From the IMG/VR virus record IMGVR_UViG_3300042539_001740: a stretch of 64,000 nucleotides of DNA. One strand, 5' to 3'. The translations under genes and the position numbers were made by a program. Within the stretch, counting starts at the first letter, position 1. Every line of letters starts with the position of its first letter. The stretch comes from a virus (taxonomy: Duplodnaviria > Caudoviricetes). Positions 46,162-59,300 of the stretch are shown here, in pieces. The notes below the pieces were generated by a model. That model worked only from the letters and a program-made list of their open reading frames with translations. It was not told where the DNA came from and did not search any database.

Positions 46162-47973
46162 ATGGGTGGAGACGATGGTAAATCACTCTTAAGTGGTATA
46201 GAAAAACAATTTCAGGAAATTGGAGAAAACTTTGGTGACGCTGTATTATCAAATGTAAAACCTGCTAGTTTAAAAAAAGTTTTTGATGAAGTAGAGGGTG
46301 CTGCAATTGGTGTCGCAAAATCTTTTGGTGTTGGTAGAACTAATATATTGAGCATAAAAGCAGCAATGACAGATGTTGTTGGTGATGTTAAAGAATTGGG
46401 TGGAAAATTTTCTGATATATCAGCTATTCAAACATCAATATCCTCTGATTTGGGTAGGAATGTCATATTAAATAATCAAGCGTATAAAGGATTAATAGCA
46501 ACAGCTAAGGTTACTGGTTTGGAAGTTGATGATATGGCAAAAAAATTCAAAGATGTTGGTGTTTCATATATGGGTGTACAAGACCAAATGCAGAAAGTAG
46601 TTGACATCTCAAGAAAAATGGGAGTTAATGCTCAAGGTGTTTCAGATGAGGTAGCAAAAAATTTAACTAAACTTAATACATTTAATTTTAAAGGTGGTAT
46701 AGAAGGGTTAACTAAAATGGTAGCTCAGGCTAAAGTTTTAAGAATAAATATGGAAGAAGTTTTTACATTATCCGAAAGTTTATTCGAACCTGACAAAGCT
46801 ATAGAAATGTCGGCGGCATTACAAAGATTAGGTGTTACACAATCTGAATTATTAGACCCACTTCGATTGATGGATATGGCACAGAATGACCCTGGTGAAT
46901 TGATGAATCAAATGTCCAAAATGTCAGAAAAATTTGTTCAGCTTAATAAAGATGGTCGTTTCGAAATTATGCCTGGTGCAAAAAGACAACTAAGAGAGAT
47001 TGCCAAAGAAATGGGAATGAGTTATGATGAATTAGCAAAAATGGCAACTGGCTCAAAAGAACTCGATATGAAATTGAGTAAAATTAAATTTCCTGCAACA
47101 TTTACTGAAGAACAAAGAAACTTCATAGCTAATTTATCAGAAATAGGTCCTGGTGGTGAAATGACTTTAACCGTTGATGGTACTCAAATGGGAATAGATA
47201 AAGCTATGGAAACTTTTGCTAAAGACAAAGATGCTTTAGACAAATTTATGAAAGACCAAGAACCTAAAACGATGGAAGAGTTGGCAAAAGAACAACTTAC
47301 TGTCCAAGAAAACCAAGAAATATTGTTGGCTATGATTGCTGACACTATGGGTTATGGTTTAGCAGCATCCAAAGGTGGTGAAAGATTAAGTAGGGCTGAG
47401 ATAGAAATTTATAAAAATGGTATCGAAGTATTAAAGAGAACAACTAAGGATAAAGAAGGTAAAGAAAAAACAGAAACATTTTCAGAAAAGGGAATTAGAC
47501 AAGGTATTGGAACTCAGTCAGATGATTTGATTAAAAGTTTATTCAAAGGTGATTTCAAAGGAGCTGGTGAGGCTGGCAGTAATATGGCCAACGAGTTTTA
47601 CAATATGTTTAAGGAAAAAATGGAAAAAGCTAGTGTTGTGTATAAAGAATCTAAAGTTGGAAGTATTTTGACTGGTGAGGATGAAAAAACTAAAACTCAA
47701 GTAGCAACTACCACAACACCGAAAACAACTGAAATGAGTTATTTGGATAAATTACAAAAACAAGTACAAGCACCAACAACTCAAAACTTAAATTATAGTG
47801 GTAATTTAAATGTAACTTTTTCAGCCCCACCTGGTGTAAATACCACTGAGGTCGAAAGAGTGTTGAATGAACTTATGAAAAAACCTGAGTTTATTCAAAT
47901 GATTGCTCAAATGGCCAAAGACCCAACAGGTAAACAAACTCCATCACAACAAAATATGAATTTTGGTAGATGA
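46162..47973 (+). CDS. Tape measure protein
   Basis: Helical Ala/Lys/Met-rich 603-aa protein after the tube and chaperone genes and before the baseplate genes. Confidence 0.75.
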   Translation: MGGDDGKSLLSGIEKQFQEIGENFGDAVLSNVKPASLKKVFDEVEGAAIGVAKSFGVGRTNILSIKAAMTDVVGDVKELGGKFSDISAIQTSISSDLGRNVILNNQAYKGLIATAKVTGLEVDDMAKKFKDVGVSYMGVQDQMQKVVDISRKMGVNAQGVSDEVAKNLTKLNTFNFKGGIEGLTKMVAQAKVLRINMEEVFTLSESLFEPDKAIEMSAALQRLGVTQSELLDPLRLMDMAQNDPGELMNQMSKMSEKFVQLNKDGRFEIMPGAKRQLREIAKEMGMSYDELAKMATGSKELDMKLSKIKFPATFTEEQRNFIANLSEIGPGGEMTLTVDGTQMGIDKAMETFAKDKDALDKFMKDQEPKTMEELAKEQLTVQENQEILLAMIADTMGYGLAASKGGERLSRAEIEIYKNGIEVLKRTTKDKEGKEKTETFSEKGIRQGIGTQSDDLIKSLFKGDFKGAGEAGSNMANEFYNMFKEKMEKASVVYKESKVGSILTGEDEKTKTQVATTTTPKTTEMSYLDKLQKQVQAPTTQNLNYSGNLNVTFSAPPGVNTTEVERVLNELMKKPEFIQMIAQMAKDPTGKQTPSQQNMNFGR

Positions 47974-48011
47974 TAAAAAAAAAATTCATCTATTTATTTT
48001 AAAATAAGATT

Positions 48012-51000
48012 ATGTCCGAAAGTTCATTATCGTTTGCATCAACATCAAGTTTTAGAAATAGTTTACTGAATAGGAATTTACCCCCCTATGCAGTGACTGG
48101 TGTTTATACAGCACCTGTTGGTACTAGAACATATGAAACAAGTTTAAGTGATTACAATGTTATTAATTCACCTGATGATTTAATCTCACAGAATCCATTT
48201 GTAAGACAACTTTATCCGTTGAATGAGTATGGACCTGAAGGTGGATATAATTATACAATCACATACAATAACCCACCAATAATTAATAGTTCTAATCAAG
48301 GTGAATATAGTCCAAACGACACAGTACTAGATTTAGTTAATGAATTTTTTATTGACGCAGCATATATCGAAAACAGATATGGTCCTGTGGGAGGATTCAA
48401 TGATATGGTTATTATTGATAACATACAAAACAATAATAAGTTATATACACCATATTGGAATCCCCCAACTTTTGTACCCTCTTCCTATAGTCCATATCAG
48501 ATTCTAATTTCTCCTGACCCCGCTGGTGATAGTGGATTATTATCACAAGATTCATATTTAGCTAAGCTTGGGGCTCAAACTTTAAAAAAACTTTTTCAGG
48601 ACAGAGTTGATGCTGATACAAGAAGAAATACACAAGGCACTTTGACTCTTGATACAACAAGTGACCCTTTTGATATTTCTTTAATTATTGCGGGTAAAGA
48701 ACCCTTGAGGTCTAAAAATTGGACTATTACAGTACCAACAACACCAACTAATGAATCACCATTTATACAAAGTTTGGGGGGTGCATATTTTCCTGTATCA
48801 CCTATTGCTGGTGATTATTTTGACCCTGTACTTTTTAATGCTGGTTCATCCACACAAATATCATTAGCTCTTAACGTACCTAATTTAACAACTGGAGGTG
48901 GAGGTTTACCACTCACCTTAAATATTACAACGAATCCATCACAGAATTTCATTGATAACACTGGTACAGGTCAACAATCAGCTTTATTTGCTAATATTGA
49001 TTATAATAGATATAGAGCACAATATACAAGAACTTCACAATTTGCACAAACTGAAAGTACAATAAATCAAAATGGTACTTTGAATGGTGGTTACTATGTG
49101 GGTAGTAGAACATCTGAACCATCGACTATTACATCACCACCTTTACAAATACCTATTGACCCATTCGGAAGACAAGTACAAACACCGGTTTATGGACCTA
49201 GTGAGTTGGGTAGTTTATATGAAGGAAATATTGGTCGATTAAATTTTGGTTTGGCTGGTAAATCATCATCTGATGGTGGAGGTATTGATGGTCAATTTGT
49301 GTGGGTTTCACCTAAATATAAAAGTGATGCTGGTTTTAAAGCAACACCTGGTGGTGGTACTGGTTCACAAGATGAGGAATTTAATTTAATAAGTTCACAA
49401 TATACAAGTAACGAATCAACAAATTTACAATTCAAAGAAAGTTCTATTTTAGATGCAACTCAACGTCTTGTTAATTCGGCGGATTTAGTTAATGGTATTT
49501 CGAGATTAAAACACGTTGGAAATGCAATTAATCAAGTTAGTAAAGTTTTCAACGATGGATATAAAGAATTAACAAAAGGTTCAAGAGTTTTATCATATAG
49601 AGATAACACTACTGGTGCTGAAGCGGGTATTGAATATTGTAGGGTATTTGCAAAAGATACACCTTATTACACTTATGGTGATTTACAGAAATCAGATGGT
49701 ATTACTAAATCAGGTAGAAGATTTGACTATTCTGTATTGGACAACACTTATAATTTAAACATAGCACCACTCAAAAATCCTGGTTCAACAAATCTACAAC
49801 CAAATGCAAAAGGTCAAGTTGTTGCTAAAAAATATATGTTCTCAATTGAAAATCTTGCTTGGAGAACATCAAGTAAACCTGGGTTTACATATGATGATTT
49901 ACCTGCATGTGAAAGAGGACCTAATGGTGGTAGAATTATGTGGTTCCCACCCTATGATTTAACATTTGAAGATAGTGCTGATGTATCCTTCGATGCAACA
50001 ACTTTTATTGGTAGACCTGAACCTATATATACTTACTCAAAATCAAGTAGAAGTGGTTCAGTAAATTGGAAAATCATAGTCGACCATCCTTCTGTTATGA
50101 ACACAATTGTTCAAAAACAACTTAAGGGTCAAACTAAAGAAAAAATTGATTCAATAGTTGATTCATTTTTTGCAGGTTGTGTAAAATTTGACATTTACGA
50201 ATTAGCTAAAAAATTTAATACAATACCATTGTCTGAATTATATACATACCAAGAGGTTATTAATAATCCAAGATTAACCAAAGAAGAACTTGGTCAAGTT
50301 ATAACAGAAATATCAAAAGAAAATGTACCACTTGGAGGACAAGATGGAGGAAATGTTACTCCACCTCAGGGTGTCAAAAAAACTACACCAGACCCAGCTA
50401 AACAAGCTTTTGTTGATGCCTATTTAGGTATAGGTTTTTATTTTGACAATGATATTCCATCATCTGGTGATATTCCATATAATAGTACTTATGATGGTTA
50501 TATTTCAAAAAAAGAAACTTATAAAACGAATGCTGAATCAGCTTTTGCTTCAGGTGGAACTTATTGTAAACAAAATGTTGAATTTTGTAATAGAGCCAAA
50601 AATGTCAACGAGTTTTTCGATTCTGTTGTAAAAACAAATTATGAAAAAGTTTCAAGTGGACAAAAGAATTTTATTACTGATGCCTTTGATTTATTGAATA
50701 ATAAAAAAGGAACTATTACTATAGAAATGGAGGGTGCTGCCTCAGCGACTGCGTCAGTTGATTACAATAAAAAATTGTCACAAAGAAGAATAGATTCAGT
50801 TGAAAGTTTCTTAAAATCTTTTAAAATCGGAGATGCTAATTTACAAAAATTTATTGATGATAAAAAACTAATAATTAAAGAAATTGCAAGTGGTGAACAA
50901 GCTAAAAGTGTTGTTCCCAAATCGGCAGATGGTACACCAGGTTTTGAAGTAAATTGTACTGAGGATATTAAAAGTACAACTGGTGCTATCACTTTTCAAT

Positions 51001-53051
51001 CACAAGTATATTCTGTAAATGCAATGGCTTGTAGAAGAGTTATAATAAAATCAATTGTTGTTGATGTACCCGATATTGAAACTATTGAACAACCGAATGT
51101 TGAAGAACAAAAAGAAGTCAAAACACAACAAGTTGATGTTGTATCAAGTAGACCTGTAGATAGAGTTCAACCAACTGTAGATATTGTTAAAAAACTTAAA
51201 GATGGTATTGGTAAAAAAATATTGAGAAACTTATTTAGTGAATGTGATTATTTTGAAGTATTGAAGGAAGAAAATCCTATGGTATATACTTCAATTGTTG
51301 AAAAAATAAAGTATTTCAATCCGGCTTTCCATTCTATGACACCTGAAGGCTTAAATGCTCGTCTAACTTTCTTGAATCAATGTACAAAACCTGGTGAAAC
51401 GATACCAACAATAGGTCCTGATGGTAAACCAAGATACAATGATGCTCAAAATACTGCATTTGGTGCACCACCAGTTCTAATACTTAGAATAGGAGATTTT
51501 TACAATACAAAGATAATACCTAAAAGTGTTAGTTTTACATACGAAAAAGATGGTCAATTTGATATGAATCCTGAAGGTATTGGATTACAACCAATGATAG
51601 TTTCAGTAAAAATGGGATTTGACATTATTGGTGGTATGGGTCTTAAAGGTCCTGTAGAACAATTACAGAATGCTTTATCATTCAACTATTATGCTAACAC
51701 AGAAATATATGATGAAAGAGCAACACCTACTGATGAAAGTTATAAAGTTGTAGACCAAGAAATTATTACTTCTTTAACCGCAGGAGAAGAAGCTGCGACA
51801 ACTCAAAATTCAACACCACCACAGACAAATCCTGGTGGTTCAACTATAGGTGAAATTATTACAAATATACCAGTACCTAATGGTCAAAATGGTGAAATCT
51901 CATACGGAAAAGTAATGGACACATTAATAGACCAAAGTGTAGGTTATTTCAATAACACACTTAATACATTAGAAAAGATTACACTAAATTATAATTATGG
52001 AATTCTACAATTGGTGAATCAAAAAAGATTATATACGACTGGTTTAATGAAAGGAGCAACTTGGGCAAACCAAGATACACCAATCTGGGGTGCACCATCT
52101 AGTGTTGGTGAAACATTGGCCACTTTATTTAAAAATGTAACTGATGATATTGATGATGATGCTAACATAATTATTGAAGAATTAAATGCTAAAAAATTTG
52201 GATTAGATTCACCAGCAATTAAAGGAGTTAAACAAAATATGAAAGAGTATTTTAAAACACTTCAATCTGAATTTGAGAATGGTATTACAACTATAACACA
52301 AGAGTTTATAAAGTTTGAACAAGATTTTGTTTACTTAATACGACAAATAAATTTAATAAGTGAAAATACTGATGGAAAACTTTTGAATGGTAATAAACCG
52401 AGAGTTTATAACTTAACAGGTACTTCAGAAGTAACAGCATCAAGTTTGGAAAGTAGTCCAAAACCAACTAACACTACTGAGGAATTATCTTATGATTATG
52501 AGAAAGTTTACGAAGCATTGATTGACTATAATGATTATTTGTCAGGATTGGAAACTGAGGCAAAATATACAATTATAACAACAGAAGAAGGTTTAGATGA
52601 AATTTTTCCATTGAATGATTCTTTATTTAAAGATAATTCTGAACTTCTTTTCTTTATGGTTATATCAAGAATATTCTCTGATAAAAATAAAAGGGATGGT
52701 TTTATTAATAGTATAATTAAAGGGGAACTTCTTAAAATTTCAGACCCACTAAATTTAAAAAATCAATTTACACAGATAGTAAATAAGTTAGCTAATAAAT
52801 ATGATAAGGAATTAGCGGAAGAGGAAAAAATGTTCAAAGAACTAAGAAAAGATAAATATTTAAAAAATTTCTTAAGTAGTCCTGACGAAAAACTTTATCC
52901 TAAAGGTAAAACAAGAAAATTTAATTATACAACGATACCTAACCAAAATACTAATGCAACACAAGAAACAAATATAAAAAATGTTTTTAGTACCACTAAT
53001 ACTAATCAAGATACTCAAACATTTGATGGAAAAGTTTCATTCAATAGTTAA
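48012..53051 (+). CDS. Large baseplate/tail-tube-initiator protein with an OmpA-like peptidoglycan-binding domain
   Basis: 1679 aa. gp48/54-like segments (FIGRPEPIYTYS.SSRSGSV.WKI; LILRIGDFYN...SVSFTY) and OmpA-like IEMEGAAS...YNKKLSQRRIDSV...RRVII. Confidence 0.65.
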   Translation: MSESSLSFASTSSFRNSLLNRNLPPYAVTGVYTAPVGTRTYETSLSDYNVINSPDDLISQNPFVRQLYPLNEYGPEGGYNYTITYNNPPIINSSNQGEYSPNDTVLDLVNEFFIDAAYIENRYGPVGGFNDMVIIDNIQNNNKLYTPYWNPPTFVPSSYSPYQILISPDPAGDSGLLSQDSYLAKLGAQTLKKLFQDRVDADTRRNTQGTLTLDTTSDPFDISLIIAGKEPLRSKNWTITVPTTPTNESPFIQSLGGAYFPVSPIAGDYFDPVLFNAGSSTQISLALNVPNLTTGGGGLPLTLNITTNPSQNFIDNTGTGQQSALFANIDYNRYRAQYTRTSQFAQTESTINQNGTLNGGYYVGSRTSEPSTITSPPLQIPIDPFGRQVQTPVYGPSELGSLYEGNIGRLNFGLAGKSSSDGGGIDGQFVWVSPKYKSDAGFKATPGGGTGSQDEEFNLISSQYTSNESTNLQFKESSILDATQRLVNSADLVNGISRLKHVGNAINQVSKVFNDGYKELTKGSRVLSYRDNTTGAEAGIEYCRVFAKDTPYYTYGDLQKSDGITKSGRRFDYSVLDNTYNLNIAPLKNPGSTNLQPNAKGQVVAKKYMFSIENLAWRTSSKPGFTYDDLPACERGPNGGRIMWFPPYDLTFEDSADVSFDATTFIGRPEPIYTYSKSSRSGSVNWKIIVDHPSVMNTIVQKQLKGQTKEKIDSIVDSFFAGCVKFDIYELAKKFNTIPLSELYTYQEVINNPRLTKEELGQVITEISKENVPLGGQDGGNVTPPQGVKKTTPDPAKQAFVDAYLGIGFYFDNDIPSSGDIPYNSTYDGYISKKETYKTNAESAFASGGTYCKQNVEFCNRAKNVNEFFDSVVKTNYEKVSSGQKNFITDAFDLLNNKKGTITIEMEGAASATASVDYNKKLSQRRIDSVESFLKSFKIGDANLQKFIDDKKLIIKEIASGEQAKSVVPKSADGTPGFEVNCTEDIKSTTGAITFQSQVYSVNAMACRRVIIKSIVVDVPDIETIEQPNVEEQKEVKTQQVDVVSSRPVDRVQPTVDIVKKLKDGIGKKILRNLFSECDYFEVLKEENPMVYTSIVEKIKYFNPAFHSMTPEGLNARLTFLNQCTKPGETIPTIGPDGKPRYNDAQNTAFGAPPVLILRIGDFYNTKIIPKSVSFTYEKDGQFDMNPEGIGLQPMIVSVKMGFDIIGGMGLKGPVEQLQNALSFNYYANTEIYDERATPTDESYKVVDQEIITSLTAGEEAATTQNSTPPQTNPGGSTIGEIITNIPVPNGQNGEISYGKVMDTLIDQSVGYFNNTLNTLEKITLNYNYGILQLVNQKRLYTTGLMKGATWANQDTPIWGAPSSVGETLATLFKNVTDDIDDDANIIIEELNAKKFGLDSPAIKGVKQNMKEYFKTLQSEFENGITTITQEFIKFEQDFVYLIRQINLISENTDGKLLNGNKPRVYNLTGTSEVTASSLESSPKPTNTTEELSYDYEKVYEALIDYNDYLSGLETEAKYTIITTEEGLDEIFPLNDSLFKDNSELLFFMVISRIFSDKNKRDGFINSIIKGELLKISDPLNLKNQFTQIVNKLANKYDKELAEEEKMFKELRKDKYLKNFLSSPDEKLYPKGKTRKFNYTTIPNQNTNATQETNIKNVFSTTNTNQDTQTFDGKVSFNS

Positions 53052-53054
53052 ATT

Positions 53055-53378
53055 ATGGCAAGACAAACATATAACAGATACGCAGATTTTCTTTTAAACG
53101 GACAACAAACGATTGTTCCATATATTCAACTACCAAACAAAAGTAGTGATAAAAGATACATTTATAAAATTGGGATGTCCAGAATGGATAAAGTGTCACA
53201 ACAATATTATGGTTCTCCAACTTTCGGTTGGTTAATCTTGATGGCTAATCCACAATATGGTGGACAAGAATGGAACATACCTGATGGTTCTATATTGACA
53301 ATACCATATCCGTTAGTAACTTCTTTACAAGATTACAAATCCCAATTAAACAATCATTTCTTCTATTATGGTAGATAG
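53055..53378 (+). CDS. Baseplate wedge LysM/gpX (gp53-like) protein
   Basis: RMDKVSQQYYGSPTFGWLILMANP...IPDGSILTIP. Confidence 0.8.
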   Translation: MARQTYNRYADFLLNGQQTIVPYIQLPNKSSDKRYIYKIGMSRMDKVSQQYYGSPTFGWLILMANPQYGGQEWNIPDGSILTIPYPLVTSLQDYKSQLNNHFFYYGR

Positions 53379-56300
53379 ACCCGAAAATATATTAGTCGAT
53401 TTTGACTATAACAACATTATAGTAGTTGACCCAAACAAAATTATTGATGAGGATGGTCGTGCAAAAGACAGACACATCAGAATGGAGAATATGGTTTATT
53501 ATGCTAATTTGGAATGTAAAGTAGTTCCAAGAACTAAATTAGCCGTGGGTGTTGCAGCTAATGATGCAATTCAAACAGTATCTGTAGCATCTCTTAATTT
53601 TCTACAACCTGGTGGAGAAGATTATCTTAATACTAAATGGACTGATGAAATAACAGGGAAAGATTCTTTGAAAGGTCAAGGTATTAATCAACCAATAAAA
53701 AACCAATTTCAAAATCCGAATAAAAGTGATGACTACTATGTAAGACAAACAATTAATACTGGTGGTAAACCTGGTGCTACTGACACTGGATTATTAGGTA
53801 TAAAGTCAATTAGTGTCACAATTAACACAGCATTTGAACCAGTTATATCAATAAAAATGATTGATATAAGAGGTAAAGCTCTATTTGAATCAGGTGATAG
53901 TTCACCATATGCTGTTTTCTTCAACCTACCATATCCTTTATTCTATCTAACACTAAAGGGGTATCTAGGTAAAGCAATCAGGTTACCATTGATGTTGTAT
54001 AAATTTGGTGCTTCATTTAATACTGGTTCGGGTAACTTCGATGTGGACTTACAATTTTATACATACAAATATAATGTAATGACTGAAATTACAATGGCTG
54101 GTCTATTAGCTACACCTTATATGTATAAAACAAATCTTAGAATACAAGAAAGAAGTGGTGTCCCCAATCAGTCAGCAAACGTACAAGATAGAACAGTTAC
54201 TAGAGGGTATCAAAAGATTCAAGAAGTTTATAGTGAATATAAATCAAAAGGTATCATACCTGATGATTTTCCTGAACTAACGTTGATGGAAATGAAAGAT
54301 AGATTGGACATTTTTATTAAAAATAAAATGGACACTTTTGCAAAAGAAAACTTACAACCATTGAGTGATTGTGAAAGTTATAGAGTTAACTTAGCGGAAT
54401 ACTATGGTGATGTTTATTTTTATGCAGGAAATCAATCTTGGTTCAATAGAAATATGGACACACAAAATTTTATAGTTTTGACTGATAAAAAAACTAGGGT
54501 TTATACGTTCACTAAAGTTATAGATACACCTGATAAAAGAAACACTGCTGAAAGTGAATTAATTGGGAAAATTAATGATAATAATAAAAAATTAAAAACC
54601 AATCAAACTGTTGGTGAGGATGGAAAATATAAAATAGGAAAAAAACCTGAGGTTAAGAGTGCGATAAATTTTAGTATAAGTATAGATACCTTCAGAAAAG
54701 TTGTACAAATCAAAGATATTGATATCGCTGAAACCTTCCTACAACGTAAGAAAAAAGAACCCACACCAGCTGAATTGGAGACATTTCAAGCTGAGTTGGA
54801 ATTACAATTAGAGTTTCAAGCGGGTTCATTTAAAACAAAAAATGGGGACATAAAACAAGAAAAAAAATACTTTTTTTTCGAAGGTGATGGTTCATTTACT
54901 TCAATAGTACAACAAATGAACACAGACCTCAAAAGAATAAAAGAGGATATTGAAAATGCTTTGACTGAGACATTGGCCGACTTATTACAAAATAAAAACA
55001 ATGGTATTGGTTTTGTACCAAACATTAGAAATGTGTTAGCTGTGTTCTTTGCTAATGGTGAGGCATTTTTGAGATTGATGGATGATGTACATACTAAAGC
55101 TTGGAATGAAAGAAATAGTGATGTTAGGAAGAAAGCAATTTTTGACCCACAAGTTGCTGGTGCTTCACAAGATAATATAAATCCAGGTGATGACACTAAT
55201 ACACCAATTTATCCTTGGCCACAATTTATTGTCGCAACTAATGGTGAAAATGGACAAGAAAAATATGAAATTAGATATCCTGGTGACCAATCTTTAATAA
55301 GTCGTACTCAAGGTTATTTATATGATAAATGGCCTGAAATTGAATTTGTTGAAGAATTCATTAAAGGTTTGACTGAGAGAGACCCCGAAAGAAAAGAAAT
55401 CGGACCGACAACAAATGAGGTATTAGATATTAAACGTGCATCTATTAATGCTATTGAGTTTCCAATAACCAATCAAGTTTATAGTAATAAAGAGGAAGTT
55501 AAGTTCTTTTATGAGATTTACGAGAGATTAATTTATTTAGTTAATTTTTCAAAAATTACTCGAGCAAACAATACTAACTCTACTGCTGACGAAATATCAA
55601 ATGTTTTAGCCGAGTTTGAAAGTGGTAATCTTTTGGATAGTTTGGGTGTAAATAGTCCATTCATAATTATGAAACTTAAAAATTTGGGTTTCAATGCTCA
55701 AACTTTTCCTTTAATCCTTAGACAAATATCTAATGGTGGTATAGGAGAAAGTTGGCAAAATTATATCAGAGGAATTTTCAATACAAAATATATACGTAAT
55801 CAAATTTCTAATTCTAGTTTCGAATTTATTAAAAGTTCTGATTTTATTAGTAGAGCTACTGAACCTCAATTATCAATTGTTGACGAAGACAAACTACAAA
55901 ATTTTATTGATGATTCTACCGCAGGTAATAAAGTTGATTTTACTGACACTTTTCCATTTACAAATTTAAATTGGTGTAAAAATAATTTAGCTAATGGTGT
56001 TGGTGTATCCACAGTTAATCAAGCTATGGATACGAAAGATGTTATATTTTATAATAAAAATAAAAAAGTTATAACTAATTTTAACCAAGATACGACCTTT
56101 AACCAAATCAGACCAATTACACACTTTGTTTTTCAAAATGTTAGTGAACCATCAGTAACGGAAGATAATTTAAAGACATTTTTACAAAGTAGAACAACTG
56201 ATTATAAGTTACAACTTATAACTGAAGGTAATGTTGATTATTCAAATTATAATGGAAATTTAGGTTTGGCTAATCAAACATCTTCTATGTTTAATACACC

Positions 56301-59300
56301 ATACTTTACCAACTCAATACAAGAAGCAATACAGAAGTTTAGGAATGGTGACCCCTACCCTTTTACTGTTCCCGCTTACTTGTTTTTGAATAGTTTACCA
56401 TTAGCAACACCCAAAGAAAAATATAAAAGTTGGGACTTTGGTGAAGAAAAAACATTGAGTTATATTTTTGCAAGTTTAAAAAAATATTCGGGTGTTCACA
56501 AAGTACCATACGCATGGTTATTAAAATTAGGTTCTGTTTGGCATCGTTATAAAAAATATGTTGAAAGTACAAATAACTTTGATATATTGGATAACTCTTG
56601 GAAAAACTTTAATAGCTTAGTAAATTATGACCCAGTTACATCAGCAGCAACTAAAACATATAGTTTGACAATTAATAATGCAAACGTTGACATAGTATTA
56701 GAAGACATCAATACAATCGGTGTGGGGACTGGTACAACTACTTCCGTAATTATGAATGTTGGATTTTATCCAAAATTAATAAATGACTTTAACGTTTTTT
56801 ATCAAGGTTATGAAATAATTAAAAGTAACCAACAAATAAATGGTATTGCAAGAGTAACTGGTGGTACAATATTAACAATTTCATCAGTAAATTTAGACCA
56901 ACTCACAATCGGTAACATTTTAGGTGGGACAAGTTTTTTAGCTGGTACTACAATCTTATCACAAATAAATGGAACACCTGGTGGTATTGGTCAATATACT
57001 ATTAATTTACCACAATCAGTAACTGACTCAAACTTTTTTATAACCAATTCACAATCCGTTGGATATTCAGATACTTTAATACAACAAGCGTTAAGTTCTG
57101 GTTTAACAATGGAATATGTTGCTGAAGCAATTATAAATGAAACAAACTCAGCAAGAAATCTCAATACTAAAATCATACCTTGGTCGGTGAGTGTTAAAAC
57201 ACCAGCGGGTAAATTTTGGTATCAAATACCATCAAGTGGTAGTTTGTTTAATCAAACAAAATTGGAATGTTTTAAAAAGACATCAACAAATGGAATTTCA
57301 TCAGTTGTAATTCCAGTTACTGGTAATACTGCAATTCATAATGGTGCTGTTAGAACCTTTTGGACTGCCCCAAATTATGGATATTTTGATAACAATAAAT
57401 TAACTAAACCTTCATACGATTCGTATTTAAAATATATAAACCCATCAAGTGATGACCAAGAAAATTTTAGTTTCAGTCCAGTAACCCCATCAAAGATTGA
57501 GGAACTTTTATCAATATTCCCTAAAGATGTTTTGGATGGTTTCGAAACTGAGTTTTTAAAATTTTCACGTTCAGTTTATGACATTGAAAGTGATGGGTCA
57601 ACAAATATACCAGGAGGTATAAATGAAATACCATCTAAAGCTGCATTCAAAAATTTCCAAGCTTTGATGAGGGATATGATGAAAATACCTGTCATAACTG
57701 GTAATACAGGTGAGGAAATTGTATCAACTATTCAAACAAGTCAATTTGAAAAAATAAATTCTTATCTTTCAGATTTTCTTCTCTATGATATCTACTTTAA
57801 ATTTGGTAATCCATCAAATTATGATAGGAAGTTATTTTTAACTTTTTCAAATGAAGAAGTTGTTGACCCCATCGTTTGGGAAAAGTATCAAATCATAACA
57901 CCTAATAGTGTACCTGTAAATGGAAACCCAACTTTGTTATTTTCAGAGGTTAATTATCCTAATGTTTGGAAGGCTTTGAGAACCTATGTGGGATTTTCAA
58001 CAATACAAGATATAAGTTATAAAAATAGTGGTTCATATATCACTGATTTCTTTGTTGATTTTAATGTTGCGTTTACGGAAGATAATGTTAAATCTTTTGC
58101 TCAAATTATCAAAATTTACGCAACTCAGAAACTAAATCAGTTTCAAGTAAATCAAATTGAACCACCTCAGTCACCACCAACACAACCAACTCAGATTGTA
58201 GGTATAACTTATCTCAAAAACTTATTTACAATTAACATAGAATACTATGATGGTAAATATAGAACAATTTATAAGAACTCTGGTGGGACACCTCTATTTG
58301 AAAGTAAGTATGAAAGTATTCCACTTTCATTGAGAGCAGCAAACAATTTTAATGTGACTGCAACAACAAATGTTTATTATTCGGCAATAACTAATCAAGT
58401 TATTGAAACTGCATATAATTCATTATCTAATAATCCTAATGACCCGCAATATATTGTAAGACAAGAATTTGTTGAACCACAAACTTATACACCAACACCA
58501 AACACCACACAACAGAAAGGTAAAAATGCCTTTCAAACTGCTATGTCATCCTACTTGTCTCAAGTGGATAACTTTAGAGATAAGATTGTTAACAATTTGA
58601 TACCAAAATTACAAAAATCTTTGGCCAATGTTAATATGACAGTTGAAGAACAGAAACCATCGAAGTTGACTGGTGAACCACAACCTAAAGTTGAATTATG
58701 GGAATCATTTAAAGCACTAAATGATAAATGGATTTCTGGTAATGACTACAAAACTAAAACATTATTTGAGGATGTTTTATTATTGGATAGGGCAAATAAA
58801 AACATTGGGGAAGAAGTATTAATTGATATATTTTCAATAAGTGACCAAATTACAAACATAAATGCTTCGGCTAGTTTGTATTCTTACGTTACGGGTATAT
58901 TACAATTAAATCATTTTGTTGTACTTACAATACCTAACTACATCAATTTTTACAATGTACAAGATGCGATTAAAGACCCAAAACCAAGATTGGAAGGTAC
59001 TGCAGAATTTGCAAATACACTTTTTGGGACATTTTTAAATGTTGATTATAGAGAATCAACAGCTAAAATGGTTTGTACTTACGCAGGTAAAGCTAGTGAA
59101 CAACCTGATGTTAAAAGTGTTGACTTCAGATTTAGAAGTGATTCATTTGATTTGACTAGAGCAAGTGATAATCCCTTGGTTGAAAATCAAGTTGGTAAAA
59201 AAGATTGGGATAAATCAAATAGAGTAGTTGGATTTAATGTTGATATCGGTCCTCAAAATCAGGGTGTATTTAAAAACTTTAGTGTTGGTCAAAATTCATC

